Below, one piece after another: positions 41,974 through 53,437 of a DNA stretch of 64,000 bases (position 1 is its first letter; the number at the start of each line of letters is the position of its first letter). Below the pieces are notes generated by a model. That model was given only the letters and a program-made list of their open reading frames with translations. It was not told where the DNA came from and did no database searches. The stretch covers positions 6,200,001-6,264,000 of the forward strand of contig OX597819.1 in NCBI GenBank assembly GCA_951406725.2. The letters run 5' to 3'. The position numbers and the translations under genes were made by a program. Origin of the DNA: Octopus vulgaris (lineage: Eukaryota).

Positions 41974-42369
41974 CTAGCAGTATCGCCCGGCGTTGCTCGG
42001 GTTTGTAAGGAAATAACAATATAAGCATTTTTAGAGATGTAAAGTATAATAGCCATCTCAATATGGCTAACCACAAAGGGGGGGGGGTTACTGTAGCTTT
42101 TTACGTTCTGAGATTTAATAATAAATTTTTAGAGAGTTACTTCCCTTATATATGCCATAAATGCATTAAAAATTGGGAAAAAATGATAGTCATTTTTTTT
42201 CTAATCGTAGACTCATCGTAGACGCGCGCTAATACCCAGAAGGGCTCGATATGAATCACGACTATAAGATACCCGGTTTTGGTTAAACTGCACCGCAAAA
42301 TGTGGGAGTAGTTAGGAATCTAAATCGTAGGAGACAGACAGCTCACAACCTCACTTTTATATATAAAGA
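41974..42369 (-). mobile_element. Non-autonomous Helitron, complete, with a captured fragment
   Basis: Same TC...hairpin-CTAG termini as 3388-3900. An extra internal segment lies at 42038-42135. Confidence 0.85.
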
Positions 42370-42797
42370 TATGCACACCATTTCATCTTAAAAATATCCT
42401 TTTTATCCATAGAAATATAGATTAGGTTACGACTGAAATGAATGCCATTGGTCGTAGTTCTGTATGTTCAGGTTAGTGTAGGGTTAAACGGCAGCGGCGA
42501 CAAAAGTTACATCTTTGCTACCATGGTCCACGATCCATGGATGAATTTCTGTCTGCAAAATTATTATCAAATATGCTTCCAGGGGCCTAATTGCAATGTT
42601 GATGTATTACTTGAAAATAAAGCTCCACTGTATATATATATATATATATATATACAACTTATTTTGATTTGAAAACCCCACTAGAATGGGAGAAAGCGTT
42701 AATGATCTAAGTGATATGATATATATATATAAAAAATGTAATATATAAATAAATATCTGTAAATATAAACCATCCGATCTTCTGATTACCTCATTTC

Positions 42798-42842
<45 letters not shown>

Positions 42843-42846
<4 letters not shown>

Positions 42847-42973
42847 CAAAATATTATATTATATAATTAGGGCTTAGTAAAGTAAATTACTTTGCCACAT
42901 ACTGAACTTTCTAGTATGTGGCAAAGTAATTTACTTTACTAAGCCCTAATTATATAATATAATATTTTGAATT
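42843..42973. repeat. Perfect palindrome: 61 bp arms, 9 nt loop
   Basis: 42843-42903 is the exact reverse complement of 42913-42973. The loop is gaactttct. Confidence 0.92.
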
Positions 42974-43053
42974 CGCCTTAAATGGTCCTTTTACATACTG
43001 AACACTACTTGGTGAAATTGATTAATAACAAATTAATTTTACCCTCAATTGTG

Positions 43054-43129
<76 letters not shown>

Positions 43130-43131
<2 letters not shown>

Positions 43132-43592
43132 CTTAGCAGAAGAGACCAATAGTATAAGCACTGGACTTACAAGGAATAAGTCCTGGTGTCGATTTGCTCG
43201 ACTAAAGGCGGTGCTCCAGCATGGCTGCAATCAACAGTGGTTAGGGTAGCAGTCATAGGATCGCGGTTACAATTTCCAGACCGGCCGTTGAGAGTGTTCA
43301 TTGAGCGAAAACACCTAAAGCTTCACGTGGCTCCGGCAGAGGATGGTGGTGAACCCCGTTGAATTCTTTCACCACAACTTTATCTCACTCTTTCTTCCTG
43401 TTTCAGTTGCACCTGTATTTCAAATGGCATGTTTTGTCACACTCTGTGTCACGCCGAATCGCCCCGAAAACTACGTTAAGGGAACACGCGTCTGTTCAGT
43501 GCTCAGCCACTTGCACGTTAATTTCACGAGCAGGCTGTACCGTTGATCGCTTCAACTGGAACCCATGTCATTGTAGCCGACGGAGTGCCACG
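43130..43592 (+). mobile_element. Chimeric SINE: family A tail fused to a family B head/body with ...CCGACGGAGTG tail
   Basis: ..ggcggtgctccagcatggctgcaatcaa is joined directly to cagtggttagggtagc..gagcgaaaacacctaaagc..gctcagccacttgcacgttaatttcacgagc..gccgacggagtgcc. Confidence 0.75.
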
Positions 43593-43596
43593 AAAT

Positions 43597-43801
<205 letters not shown>

Positions 43802-43804
43802 TAT

Positions 43805-43840
<36 letters not shown>

Positions 43841-43843
<3 letters not shown>

Positions 43844-44088
43844 TAAATAAGAGGACTAGCAGCAGGCTGCTTCGCCTCATACCGAAGGAATTAGAAATGG
43901 CAGTCAAAGACTGTTTTTTTTCCATTTTCTGTAAGTGGAGACTCCAAAAACGAATCTCCACGAAATACACACACACAATTTTTGGAATCTCCACTTACAG
44001 AAAATGGAAAAAAAACAGTCTTTGACTGCCATTTATAATTCCTTCGGTATGAGGCGAAGCAGCCTGCTGCTAGCCCTCTTATTTACTT
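43841..44088. repeat. Near-perfect fold-back: 110 bp arms, 28 nt loop
   Basis: 43841-43950 versus 43979-44088, about 3 mismatches by eye. Confidence 0.92.
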
Positions 44089-44115
44089 TACTATATACTG
44101 AACCATACAAAGTTC

Positions 44116-44161
44116 CTGACGATGAATTTGTCGTATTTACATACCGAAATTTACCGGTAAA
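44116..44161 (+). ncRNA. Hammerhead-like core with palindromic stem III
   Basis: CTGACGA-tgaat..atttacat..-GAAA-tttaccggtaaa, where TTTACCGGTAAA is a perfect palindrome. Stem II is weak. Confidence 0.4.
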
Positions 44162-44237
44162 TAATTTTTGGTTACATGAAAAACCACAGAAAAATTATTT
44201 ACCATTTTTATTGCATTTTATATATATATATATAGAT

Positions 44238-44396
44238 AAGTTTCTTTATTGGCCACACAGGGCTGCATACATATGGGACAAGTTACAAGGTAGAGCTTTT
44301 CTTTTGGGGGAGAAAAAAAAGAAAAAAGGTGGCGTAGGTTTTCGATCAAAAGGGATCGTAAAAGGGAAAAAAGAACAAAAAAAAGAAAAAAAGAAA

Positions 44397-44400
<4 letters not shown>
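44238..44400 (-). mobile_element. Probable L1/Tx1-type 3' UTR remnant
   Basis: Minus strand is T-rich and ends gcagccctgtgtggccAATAAAgaaa. A similar ending closes the insert at 37403-37577. Confidence 0.4.
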
Positions 44401-44470
<70 letters not shown>

Positions 44471-44879
44471 GAGTGAGTGAGTTGAGAAAAGAAAGAGGAG
44501 CACTCAACCAATTTATTAGGAGTTACATGTATGAATCAAAACAGTTTGATTCAAATTCGTTGGTATTCTTGAGTTTCAAGCGTGATGCTAGCCGTCACCC
44601 ATTTTGAATTTGAATGACAGAAGTTATTAACATAAGGTGGGCTGCGATTGGTCGAGGAAGGTCACGCGGTGTCGTAGTTTGATACTAGTGTATGGGTCAC
44701 ATTCAGTGGGAAAATATTGCATGGCGAACGGAAAATTGACCACAAAAGAACAAGAAATAGACCACGTAGCGATTAGAAATCGGTCAGATTGTTGGGTGGG
44801 GGAATGTAGGAAGGGTGGCATTGGAAGTGCATTGTGACCAGCAGTATATCACAGTATCGACCGGACATCAGATACTGAT

Positions 44880-45375
44880 ACACAACGCTGGTCACAATGC
44901 ACCTCCAATTCTATCTTGATTGTGCCATTCTTTTCCATCTTAACCCAAATGGCTTAACTAAGTCGTTTTACCATCTTCGTGGTAACTTTTCAAGTGACCT
45001 TTTCTAATCTGTTGGATACAGTTCGGCAACTGCACTGGTCCACCTGCTGTCTGTGAACCTTGCGACATGTCCGATCCAACGAAACTTGTGCTTTCAGTAT
45101 TCAGTGATCTCATCGTTCACTCTGTCCGTTTCTAGAATTATTTCATTCCGAATATGCTCTCGTTAAGGTTTTACTCGCATGGGCCCTCTCACGGCCCTTT
45201 GCGTCGTAGCCAATCCATGTTCTATCTTCTTCGTAGGACGGTACTATTGAAGAGTTTGTCCCGTAAGGTATAGTCTAGCTTTGGTTTGAGCACATCCTTT
45301 ATTGAGTTAAACGCCTTCCATCCTGCACTTATTCTCTTTGAGATTTAAGCTTCCATATCTTTGTGCATATTTGGA
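44880..45375 (-). pseudogene. RTE-clade LINE 3' fragment
   Basis: KDMEA*ISKRISAGWKAFNSIKDVLKPKL..LFNSTVL..EHIRNEII..KFRWIGHVARFTDSRWT. 3' tail gtgcattgtgaccagcg. Confidence 0.85.
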
Positions 45376-45905
45376 GTCAACTTGAAGAGCTCAATAAGGA
45401 CTTCTGTTTGCTGGCCCAGGAAATTAAGAGCTGCATATGGAAAGAAAAAACTTGCAAGCCAGCCGGAGCCTAATCGTTGAATCACGAAAAGGGGTAAAAT
45501 TCTAGAGAAACGCAAAACTAAGAGTAACGTGAAAGAGCACATCAAGTATTCCGTTCTCTGCAAAGTAATCAGGTAACATCTAAGAAATAACTTCGATAAA
45601 TGACTGAAGAAATAGATGCATAGGAGAGAAAAAGTTTATGAAGACGCAGGGTGACGGCGCTTAAAAACAAGAATAGATTCACGGTGACGGAGAAAAGCGG
45701 GACGGATCAACTATAAAAATATTTCTACACTAAGCTTTTTAAATCACGACCAAAAATGCTGGAAGAAGTGCAGCCTAATCTGATCAATGAAATTAAGTAT
45801 TCCCTCCAATCGAAGAAAACAATTAAAGCTCCTGGGTAAGATGGCATCGCAAAAGAGATGCTATGATGAGAAGATAAAGAACTGTGGAAAAAAGTCACTA
45901 TGACA
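45376..45905 (+). pseudogene. RTE-clade LINE pre-RT fragment, inverted relative to the adjacent 3' fragment
   Basis: ILEKRK..IKYSVLCKVIR..VTALKNK..FYTKLFKS..INEIKYSLQSKKTIKAPG*DGIAKEML. Confidence 0.75.
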
Positions 45906-45961
45906 TCTTTAAATTGGATATATGGATGACTTTTATATTACTGCATTATTTAGTCATGAAC

Positions 45962-46029
<68 letters not shown>

Positions 46030-47800
46030 GTACTTATATATATGCTAGAATTGAAGGGAAATAGCCATCACAGAATTCTATTGTAGCCAAACATTAAGAA
46101 TCCATACGGCTAAATGTCAATATAAAAGTGACAGATCTGCACGAAACGAGAAACACAATACTTCGGTACGAACACTTCCAACACTATACTGACACACAGT
46201 TAAACAAATGGAAGAAAACATCTAAAGTCATTCTCATATTTGCAACGTATCTTAAATACCAACTACATGCCTTTACGTAAAACACCCAAGATTGCAAAGT
46301 GACATCAGGTAAAAACATGAAAAAAAAATCTAAACGCACATGGTATGCACTCATAGAAGGGAAACAAATACAACGCACCACAGAACACTAAACATGATCT
46401 CAATAATAGATAGAACAGGAAGGGAGAAGTGAAGTAAATGCGGATTCAGTAAAGAATGCCTAAAATCCTCAAATATACAGATAAAGGTGCACAGGCCAAC
46501 CTACCGTGAAGACCTCATAACATGCATAATATTCACACTCATAACACACAGATACCACAAACTATTATTGTACATTAAAAGTTCACGACATTGAAATAAA
46601 TTCAGTTGACTCAAGAATACATATATATTTCGTTCAAATACATCAACCACTTCACCAATTTTACACATTTTATCTATGAAACTTTAATAAAATTATAACA
46701 AACATCAGTCGGGAAATTTTCAAAAGAACTAACTACGGGCGACACAAGAGATCAAAACGATACTCTTTTCATACCTCAAACAATCCACAAAATTACATCC
46801 AAGTATCGCATAAGCCAACAACAAGACTATTTTCTAGACATCAGTTTCTTCTCCACAAATATAGGCATTTGAATCAATCACATGGTAAACGATTTCATAC
46901 CTCTTCTCTGATCAGCTATCTATCATTCTCACAAAGCGGCCGTACAAGTTTAGTAAAATAAAAAGCATTTTCAAGCTCATTAGAAAAGCAGTAGAAACAC
47001 TACTAAATCTAAATCCTATAAACTTCCCAGAGCTCAACGACACAGACTCCAGCATAGATCTTGAAATACGTGCACCTAATAAGGTATTCATATACAGTTC
47101 CTAAATCACATAATCTAGTATTAAACACAAAGGCTAGATCAAACTGATATAACTGCTGAAATAAAAACCATTCTGATAAAATCTAGAAATGACTCCATAT
47201 TCTCACCACCGAATCAATGTCACTGTACACAGAAACACGACTCGACAGCAAGTAAATAAATAAAGACATAGCAGAAAAAATATACCACAGAGAAACAAAA
47301 GTCAGCAAATACCACACAAAAACAGGAAAACACTACTTAATTTGATTTATTGATAACTCCCAAAAGCCTCACTCCAACACTAAAACAACAAGTATTTTTT
47401 AAAATTAACCACACCAAAACAAGTGACAGAGAAATACAAAAGCAAGAACTGTCACATTCAAATTGGTTAGGATTTGACTCTCCTTTCCATGAAACGTATT
47501 AGTTAATCCGTCATCCCCACCCGCTTCTCCCAATAAATAAAGGAAGGCAAACCAGAAGTTATAACAACAACATGCTTTGCACGAGTAAAATATATTAAAA
47601 TAAACAAAATACAGTAAAATGGTACATTAAAAACTGGTACCACATTTTAAAGACAAGAGTACTATGAATTACTATATTTCTGCAATATTCACAAAACATA
47701 TGAAAGACAAGGAATGCAAATAGTTCTTCATTCATATCAAAAGAAACACAAAGACTGTACCCAGAGATAATCACCGCAACGAAACGAAAGCATTAAAAAT
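46030..47800 (+). pseudogene. Heavily decayed A-rich retroelement body, possibly PLE
   Basis: Strong A/C strand skew. It begins after a (TA)n tract and ends just before the hammerhead fold-back. No clean motif was recovered. Confidence 0.3.
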
Positions 47801-48020
47801 GAAAGGTGCAAAGTGTCTTGTTGCTATAAGTTCCAATTCTTACGCCATTTACAATTATATGCCGAATCAGTCTAGAAAATTACGGAGATGTACTTGCATA
47901 GCAAGTGATTTGATCTGAGATCGTGTGCTGGAACGAAAACAATTGCAGCGTGGAAGGTGTTTGTAAGCCATTTAAGAAACACACAAAAGACGTTCGATTC
48001 ACTTCAACATTTAAGTTTAA

Positions 48021-48071
48021 TTTGTCAAAATGTTTTCGTCACTTTAAGACCGCGACCTGTTCACTGACAAA
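48021..48071 (-). ncRNA. Type I hammerhead-like ribozyme, G3:C8 variant (mirror copy)
   Basis: tttgtca-GTGAACA-g-gtcgc ggtcttaaa gtgac-GAAA-acattt-tgacaaa. Confidence 0.55.
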
Positions 48072-48080
48072 AATCCGTGC

Positions 48081-48131
48081 TTTGTCAGTGAACAGTTCGC
48101 GGTCTTATAGCGACGAAAATATTTTGACAAA
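48081..48131 (+). ncRNA. Type I hammerhead-like ribozyme, G3:C8 variant
   Basis: Stem I tttgtca/tgacaaa, core GUGAACA, stem II gt(t)cgc/gcgac, GAAA, palindromic AAATATTT stem III, UUU triplet. Confidence 0.55.
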
Positions 48132-49541
48132 TTAAACTTAAATGTTGAAGTGAATCGAACGGTTTTTGTGTGTTTCTTAAATGGCTTACAAACACCTTCC
48201 ACGCTGCAATTGCAGTCTAGAAAACTATTATAGAAATAGCCTAAGTAAATTTCGATCACCATAAAAAAACACGCATACATACAAAAATAGTTCGAAATAC
48301 TGCACTTGGATGCAAAGAATATAAATGCAGTAAAACAGGTCTTGAATTTGGATCGAGATCATATTGCTCTGCTGCGCCGTAACACCCACCAGAATATAGA
48401 GAAATGCACAATCAATACAAAACACTACGTTTTATCTGCGCCAGATAGCATCCATCTCTGCCTCCAATCAAGCATTAAGATGCTGCATGCTCACAGTAGA
48501 GATGTAGCCCTATTTAATCTTGATACATCGGATGGTCACGACAGAAACAACAAACATATATACGTTGAATGCGTATGGTGCGTATAATGTGCCTTCTTCG
48601 TTCCTGATTTCTGTTCTCTTGCTCCAATAGTACGCAATTTTTTATTCTAAAAGCACACATTACACACACACATGCTCACGCATATACGCATACACACACG
48701 CTCACACACACATGTGATTACACAACGTACATACACTTGTTTTGAGGACATAAGTCAAATCAACGTTACGTACGTTTCGGTGAACAAACTCTATATATTT
48801 CATACTACATACAAAGCTATGCAATTCATGTAATAACTACAGTGTTCATTCAGCTCTTCGTTCATATTAATTTGAATTACAATTAACTTATGAAATAAAT
48901 CCATGATGCGGATGGATATTCACCGTTTCATTTGCGTGTCAACAAGGTAAACGGAAAAAATATAATTATTATTTTATTCTATCAGTTACTTAATATACTA
49001 TCCTATCAGCCATAACCCTTATTTCATAACTTGACTGTGGTTCAATCTAAAATGTGTGAAGCAGTGAATGGACAATTTTATTGCATGAATTGTATAAATT
49101 CGTATGCAATATGAAATAAATGAGAATCGTTCACCGAAATGTATGCAACGCTGCTTTTGACTCTTATTTTCCTCAAATAAATTATTCACTCTGTGGGGAT
49201 TGAAAGATGCCATGTTGATATTTGTATGCCTTGCATTGGCAATGTGCTACTTTTATAAATGACCAAATTATAAGCACTTATCCTTAGGTTATTTGAACAC
49301 TATGCTAGTCAGGTTCCTGCATGAAGCGCTGATAAGATGATCGCCTAGATTTCACTTATCCCCTCAACACACACACACATACACACACGCGCGTACACAC
49401 ATATATATTTGTGTGTGCGCGCACGCGTGTGTTTATGCATGTATATATGAGTATATAAATATGCTTGCATATATTGCAAAATAATTAGATCTATATACAT
49501 GCGCATGTATGTGTGCGTACACACACACACACACACACACT

Positions 49542-49575
<34 letters not shown>

Positions 49576-49889
49576 AAGGTAATGAAAACTTATAGAGGTG
49601 TAGTCTGTTCAACAAATAAGAGCTCAATTTATTGAGCGATTAGACCAACTTATTAATTTGAATGCGACAAGTCCCAAGGTCAATAATACTCCTCATCAAA
49701 ACCGACGAATATCTAAACACAACGGGCATATATAAATCATTATCAGCATGCGAACACATAATATACAAAAACATATATTTACATGTAATAGGGTAATTAC
49801 GTGCCCGAAAGAAAGTCATTTAAGTAAATATATACAGATAAATTCAGAAGTCCAAGCTGATGAGATAACAGTTTTTGGGATTATTGTGA

Positions 49890-50035
49890 ACCGTCTACCA
49901 AATCCACTCACAAGGCTTTGGTTGGCTCGAGACTATAGTAGAAGACACTTGCCCAAGGTGCCACGCAGTGGGACTGAACCCGGAACCATGTGGTTGGTAA
50001 GCAAGCTACATACCACACAGCCACTCCTGCACCTA
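49890..50035 (-). mobile_element. SINE family A, 5' part
   Basis: ccgtctaccaaatccactcac...cacagccactcctgcacc. Confidence 0.85.
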
Positions 50036-50168
50036 GTTATAATTTTAATAATTATTATAACCTGTAAGGATTTTTCTTCCCATGCTGCCACTAGATTTGA
50101 TCACTATTTAAAATAACGATCTTATCCTTATATATATATATATATATATATATATGAGCGCGCGTGTG

Positions 50169-50236
<68 letters not shown>

Positions 50237-50267
50237 AGTGTGTGTGTGTGTGTGTGTGTATTCATGT

Positions 50268-50647
50268 TTCTTATTTGTTTCAGTCATTTGACTGAAGGTC
50301 AACAAAGGGTTTTTAGTCGAAGAAATCGACCCCAGGACATATTTTTTTGTAAGCATAGTATCTATTCTATCAAATCTTTTGCCGAACCGCTAAGTTACGG
50401 AGACATAAACAACGGTATCGGTTGTCAAGCGATGGCGGGGTGACACATAGACACAAAAACATATATACATTCATATACATATACGAAGGGTTCTTTCAGT
50501 TTCCGTCTATCAAATCCACTCACAAGGTTTCGGTCAGCCGGAAGCTATAGTAGAAGACACTTGCCCAAGGTGCCAGGCAGTAGGACTGAACTCAGAACCA
50601 TACTGTTCGGAAACAAGCGGTTTACCACACATCCTCGCCTGCACCTA
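50268..50647 (-). mobile_element. SINE family A, diverged
   Basis: Homologous along its length to 15668-16123. Confidence 0.85.
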
Positions 50648-51338
50648 TCTATTTATATTACAAGCTTCAAAATATGTCGATTACGTCAATCACAATATTT
50701 TTAATGATTTCAATCCGGAAGAATGATAAACAACATGGATATAGGGGCGTTTTGAAGTCAGAACGTAAAAGGACCCTATAATATATCATAAGGTATTTTT
50801 CGGAATCACTTCCTATCTACAAACAAAAGCTTGTATGTGCACACATTTCTATATCTATTTTACTCAGAAATTAATAATAAGGACTACTTTTTTTATAAAG
50901 TTCCTTAAAATTAATTCGATATTTTCTACCAATAAGATGCAGGTTTCTCAGTGTATTAGTCATCATTACATGCAATTTCTAAAGAACTTTTCGTAATATT
51001 TTTTTTTTCAAGTAACCGATTTTACCTTAATTTTTGATAAACATATGGAAGATCTCGGTGTAATTTTTATTGTTTTTCCAAAAATGCCAAGACATACTTT
51101 GCTTTTTTTTTTACCGAAATCAGAGAACTGCCATTTTTTTTTTTTGGATATCGTAGAATTGATCTAGTTACTTTACTGTATTGGATATAGCATTTTTGTA
51201 GATTTAAAAATTCCTCACATGGGAAAAAGCGTGCGTGTGTGTGTATGTATATTTGTATGCAAGTATGTATGTGCATATATATATACATATATATACATAT
51301 ATATATACATATATATATATACATATATATATATGTAT

Positions 51339-51424
<86 letters not shown>

Positions 51425-51731
51425 TAAATGAGAGATAAACCACTATTAGGCAAATCAAACTGTGAAAAACATAAAGCAAAATATAGAAATAAAAATAATT
51501 AATATAAAATACAAAATATATAAAATACAAAATTTAAAATTTAAATTATTTAAATTTAAAGTTAAAAATTTAAAATTATTAATTAATTTTTATAAATTTA
51601 TATATATATATATGTTTATTTTTATTTTTATTTTTTATTTATTTATATATTTAATTTTTATTATTATTTTTAAAAAAATATATATCACTATCAAAAAGTA
51701 TTAAAAGTTTAATATAAGATAAAATGTAAAG

Positions 51732-51828
51732 CCACTACGATCATTTCATGCCCATAACCTAATTCGAATTACAATAATTTAAATTCAATTAATAATTCGA
51801 ATTATGGTTATAGTCAATCTTCAGGTTA
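51732..51828 (-). ncRNA. Hammerhead-like motif with long stem II (PLE pLTR)
   Basis: CTGAAGA-ttgactataacc ataattcgaatta..taattcgaatta ggttatgggcat-GAAA-tgatcGTA-gtgg. Confidence 0.55.
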
Positions 51829-51903
51829 ATGATAATAGTTAATTAAATAATCAAATATATTTAAACCATATTTTTTAAAGAAATAAATAAAATAATAAAA
51901 TAT

Positions 51904-52165
51904 ACTAGCCATCTCAATATGGCTAACCACTAAGGGTGGGTGTTACTGTAGCTTTTAACCCCTGGAGATCATTGTCTCCAGCTGGCTTTAGGCACACTTT
52001 TTGTGCCCTTATGGTATTTGCAAAGGGAGGTCATCCCTCTCTCGTAAACCTAAGTGACACGCACGGACTGCAGTTTCTAGGTATTTGCCTGTCTTCGGCG
52101 TACGGCAGTCACCGGTTTACGATGAAAGGGAGACCTGTGTGCAAATACTTATAGGTTTTTCTAGT
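51904..52165. other. GC-richer, highly self-complementary segment (multi-hairpin), probably retroelement-derived
   Basis: Hairpins tagccat/atggcta, ctggaga/tctccag and ggcaca/tgtgcc, plus a long interrupted stem at 52014-52148. Confidence 0.6.
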
Positions 52166-52597
52166 AACTTCCGTCACTGATTTATATATAATAATTTTTC
52201 TTATATAAAACTCTATCATCAAACTAGAAACTTTAACGATTATTATTATGTCATACAATCGATTATAATGTTAAATATTAATTTGTAAGGTAAGAATAGA
52301 TAGAAAATGTATTTATCTATTCAGATATAATATGGCTTTAAAAAAAACATAATAAACTCACAAATAATCTAATCTCAGTTATAGTCAATATCTAATTACC
52401 TAATTATTTAACAAAAAAATTATCAAAAAAATAATCACTATTCATATTATAAAATTTAATTTCAAATCAAATAATTATATGATATTTGAATAATAACTAA
52501 ATTATCAATGAATATATATAAATGTATATAAATATAAGAATTAAGATCTCAAATTATCTCTATCAATAAATATATATATACGTATAATAAAAAATAT

Positions 52598-52658
<61 letters not shown>

Positions 52659-53437
52659 TATATACATATATACATATACACATACACACACATGCGCACA
52701 AATATATTTATATGTATGCATGTAAGTGTATGTGTGTGTGTATAGACAAGTGGAACAAAATGTAATTAATGACAATTTTTATTTCAAATCACTGCAGTTA
52801 TGTCGGCACATACCAACACCTGTAGTAAATAGGTGAGATATTGGGCAGTCGTTATCCTATATGCAAGCTGTAGAAAGCTCCTCCTTAGGTGATTGCTTAA
52901 ATAAGTTCTTCGCAGATTCTCCCACCATTTCACTCAGCTGGAGAATGTATACCCAGAGTAATGCGTTATTCCAAGTAGTTTACATACAAAATTAAACCAT
53001 AGATATAGTAACAGACAAGACACAATTACAACCAAAATACAAAATGTATAGATAAAAAGTTGGCAAAAGTAAAGAAAAGGGTTAGCCTACTATGAATTAC
53101 CATTCTATCTTACGGGTCAGATTATAAGAATTTATTAAAGATACTAAATAATAAAATGAAAAAATAAAATATAACATTTTCACACACACAAACTCATTTT
53201 CACATACTCATTTTCACACACACACACATACACAAACACTTACACACACATACACACCCAATGTTCGTATCTTCTAGCTCGTATATATTTGCCCATTTTC
53301 TTTCATTTGTTTGTTTATATAAGCTCTACGGATATTATAGAATTCTTAATGTATATACAATAGCTGGAGCTTTCTCACTGTATGCAATAACTGTGGACGA
53401 GTTTTGCATAACATTCTACAAGGTTTTTACATGAATC

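Larger units (their letters stand above)
47940..48212. repeat. Near-perfect fold-back: 132 bp arms, 9 nt loop (inverted PLE pLTR-like)
   Basis: 47940-48071 versus 48081-48212 with few mismatches. The loop is aatccgtgc. Confidence 0.92.

Noticed and set aside
49575-49720. Possible minus-strand hammerhead (TTGATGAG...)
   Set aside because: No matching GAAA or stem II was found
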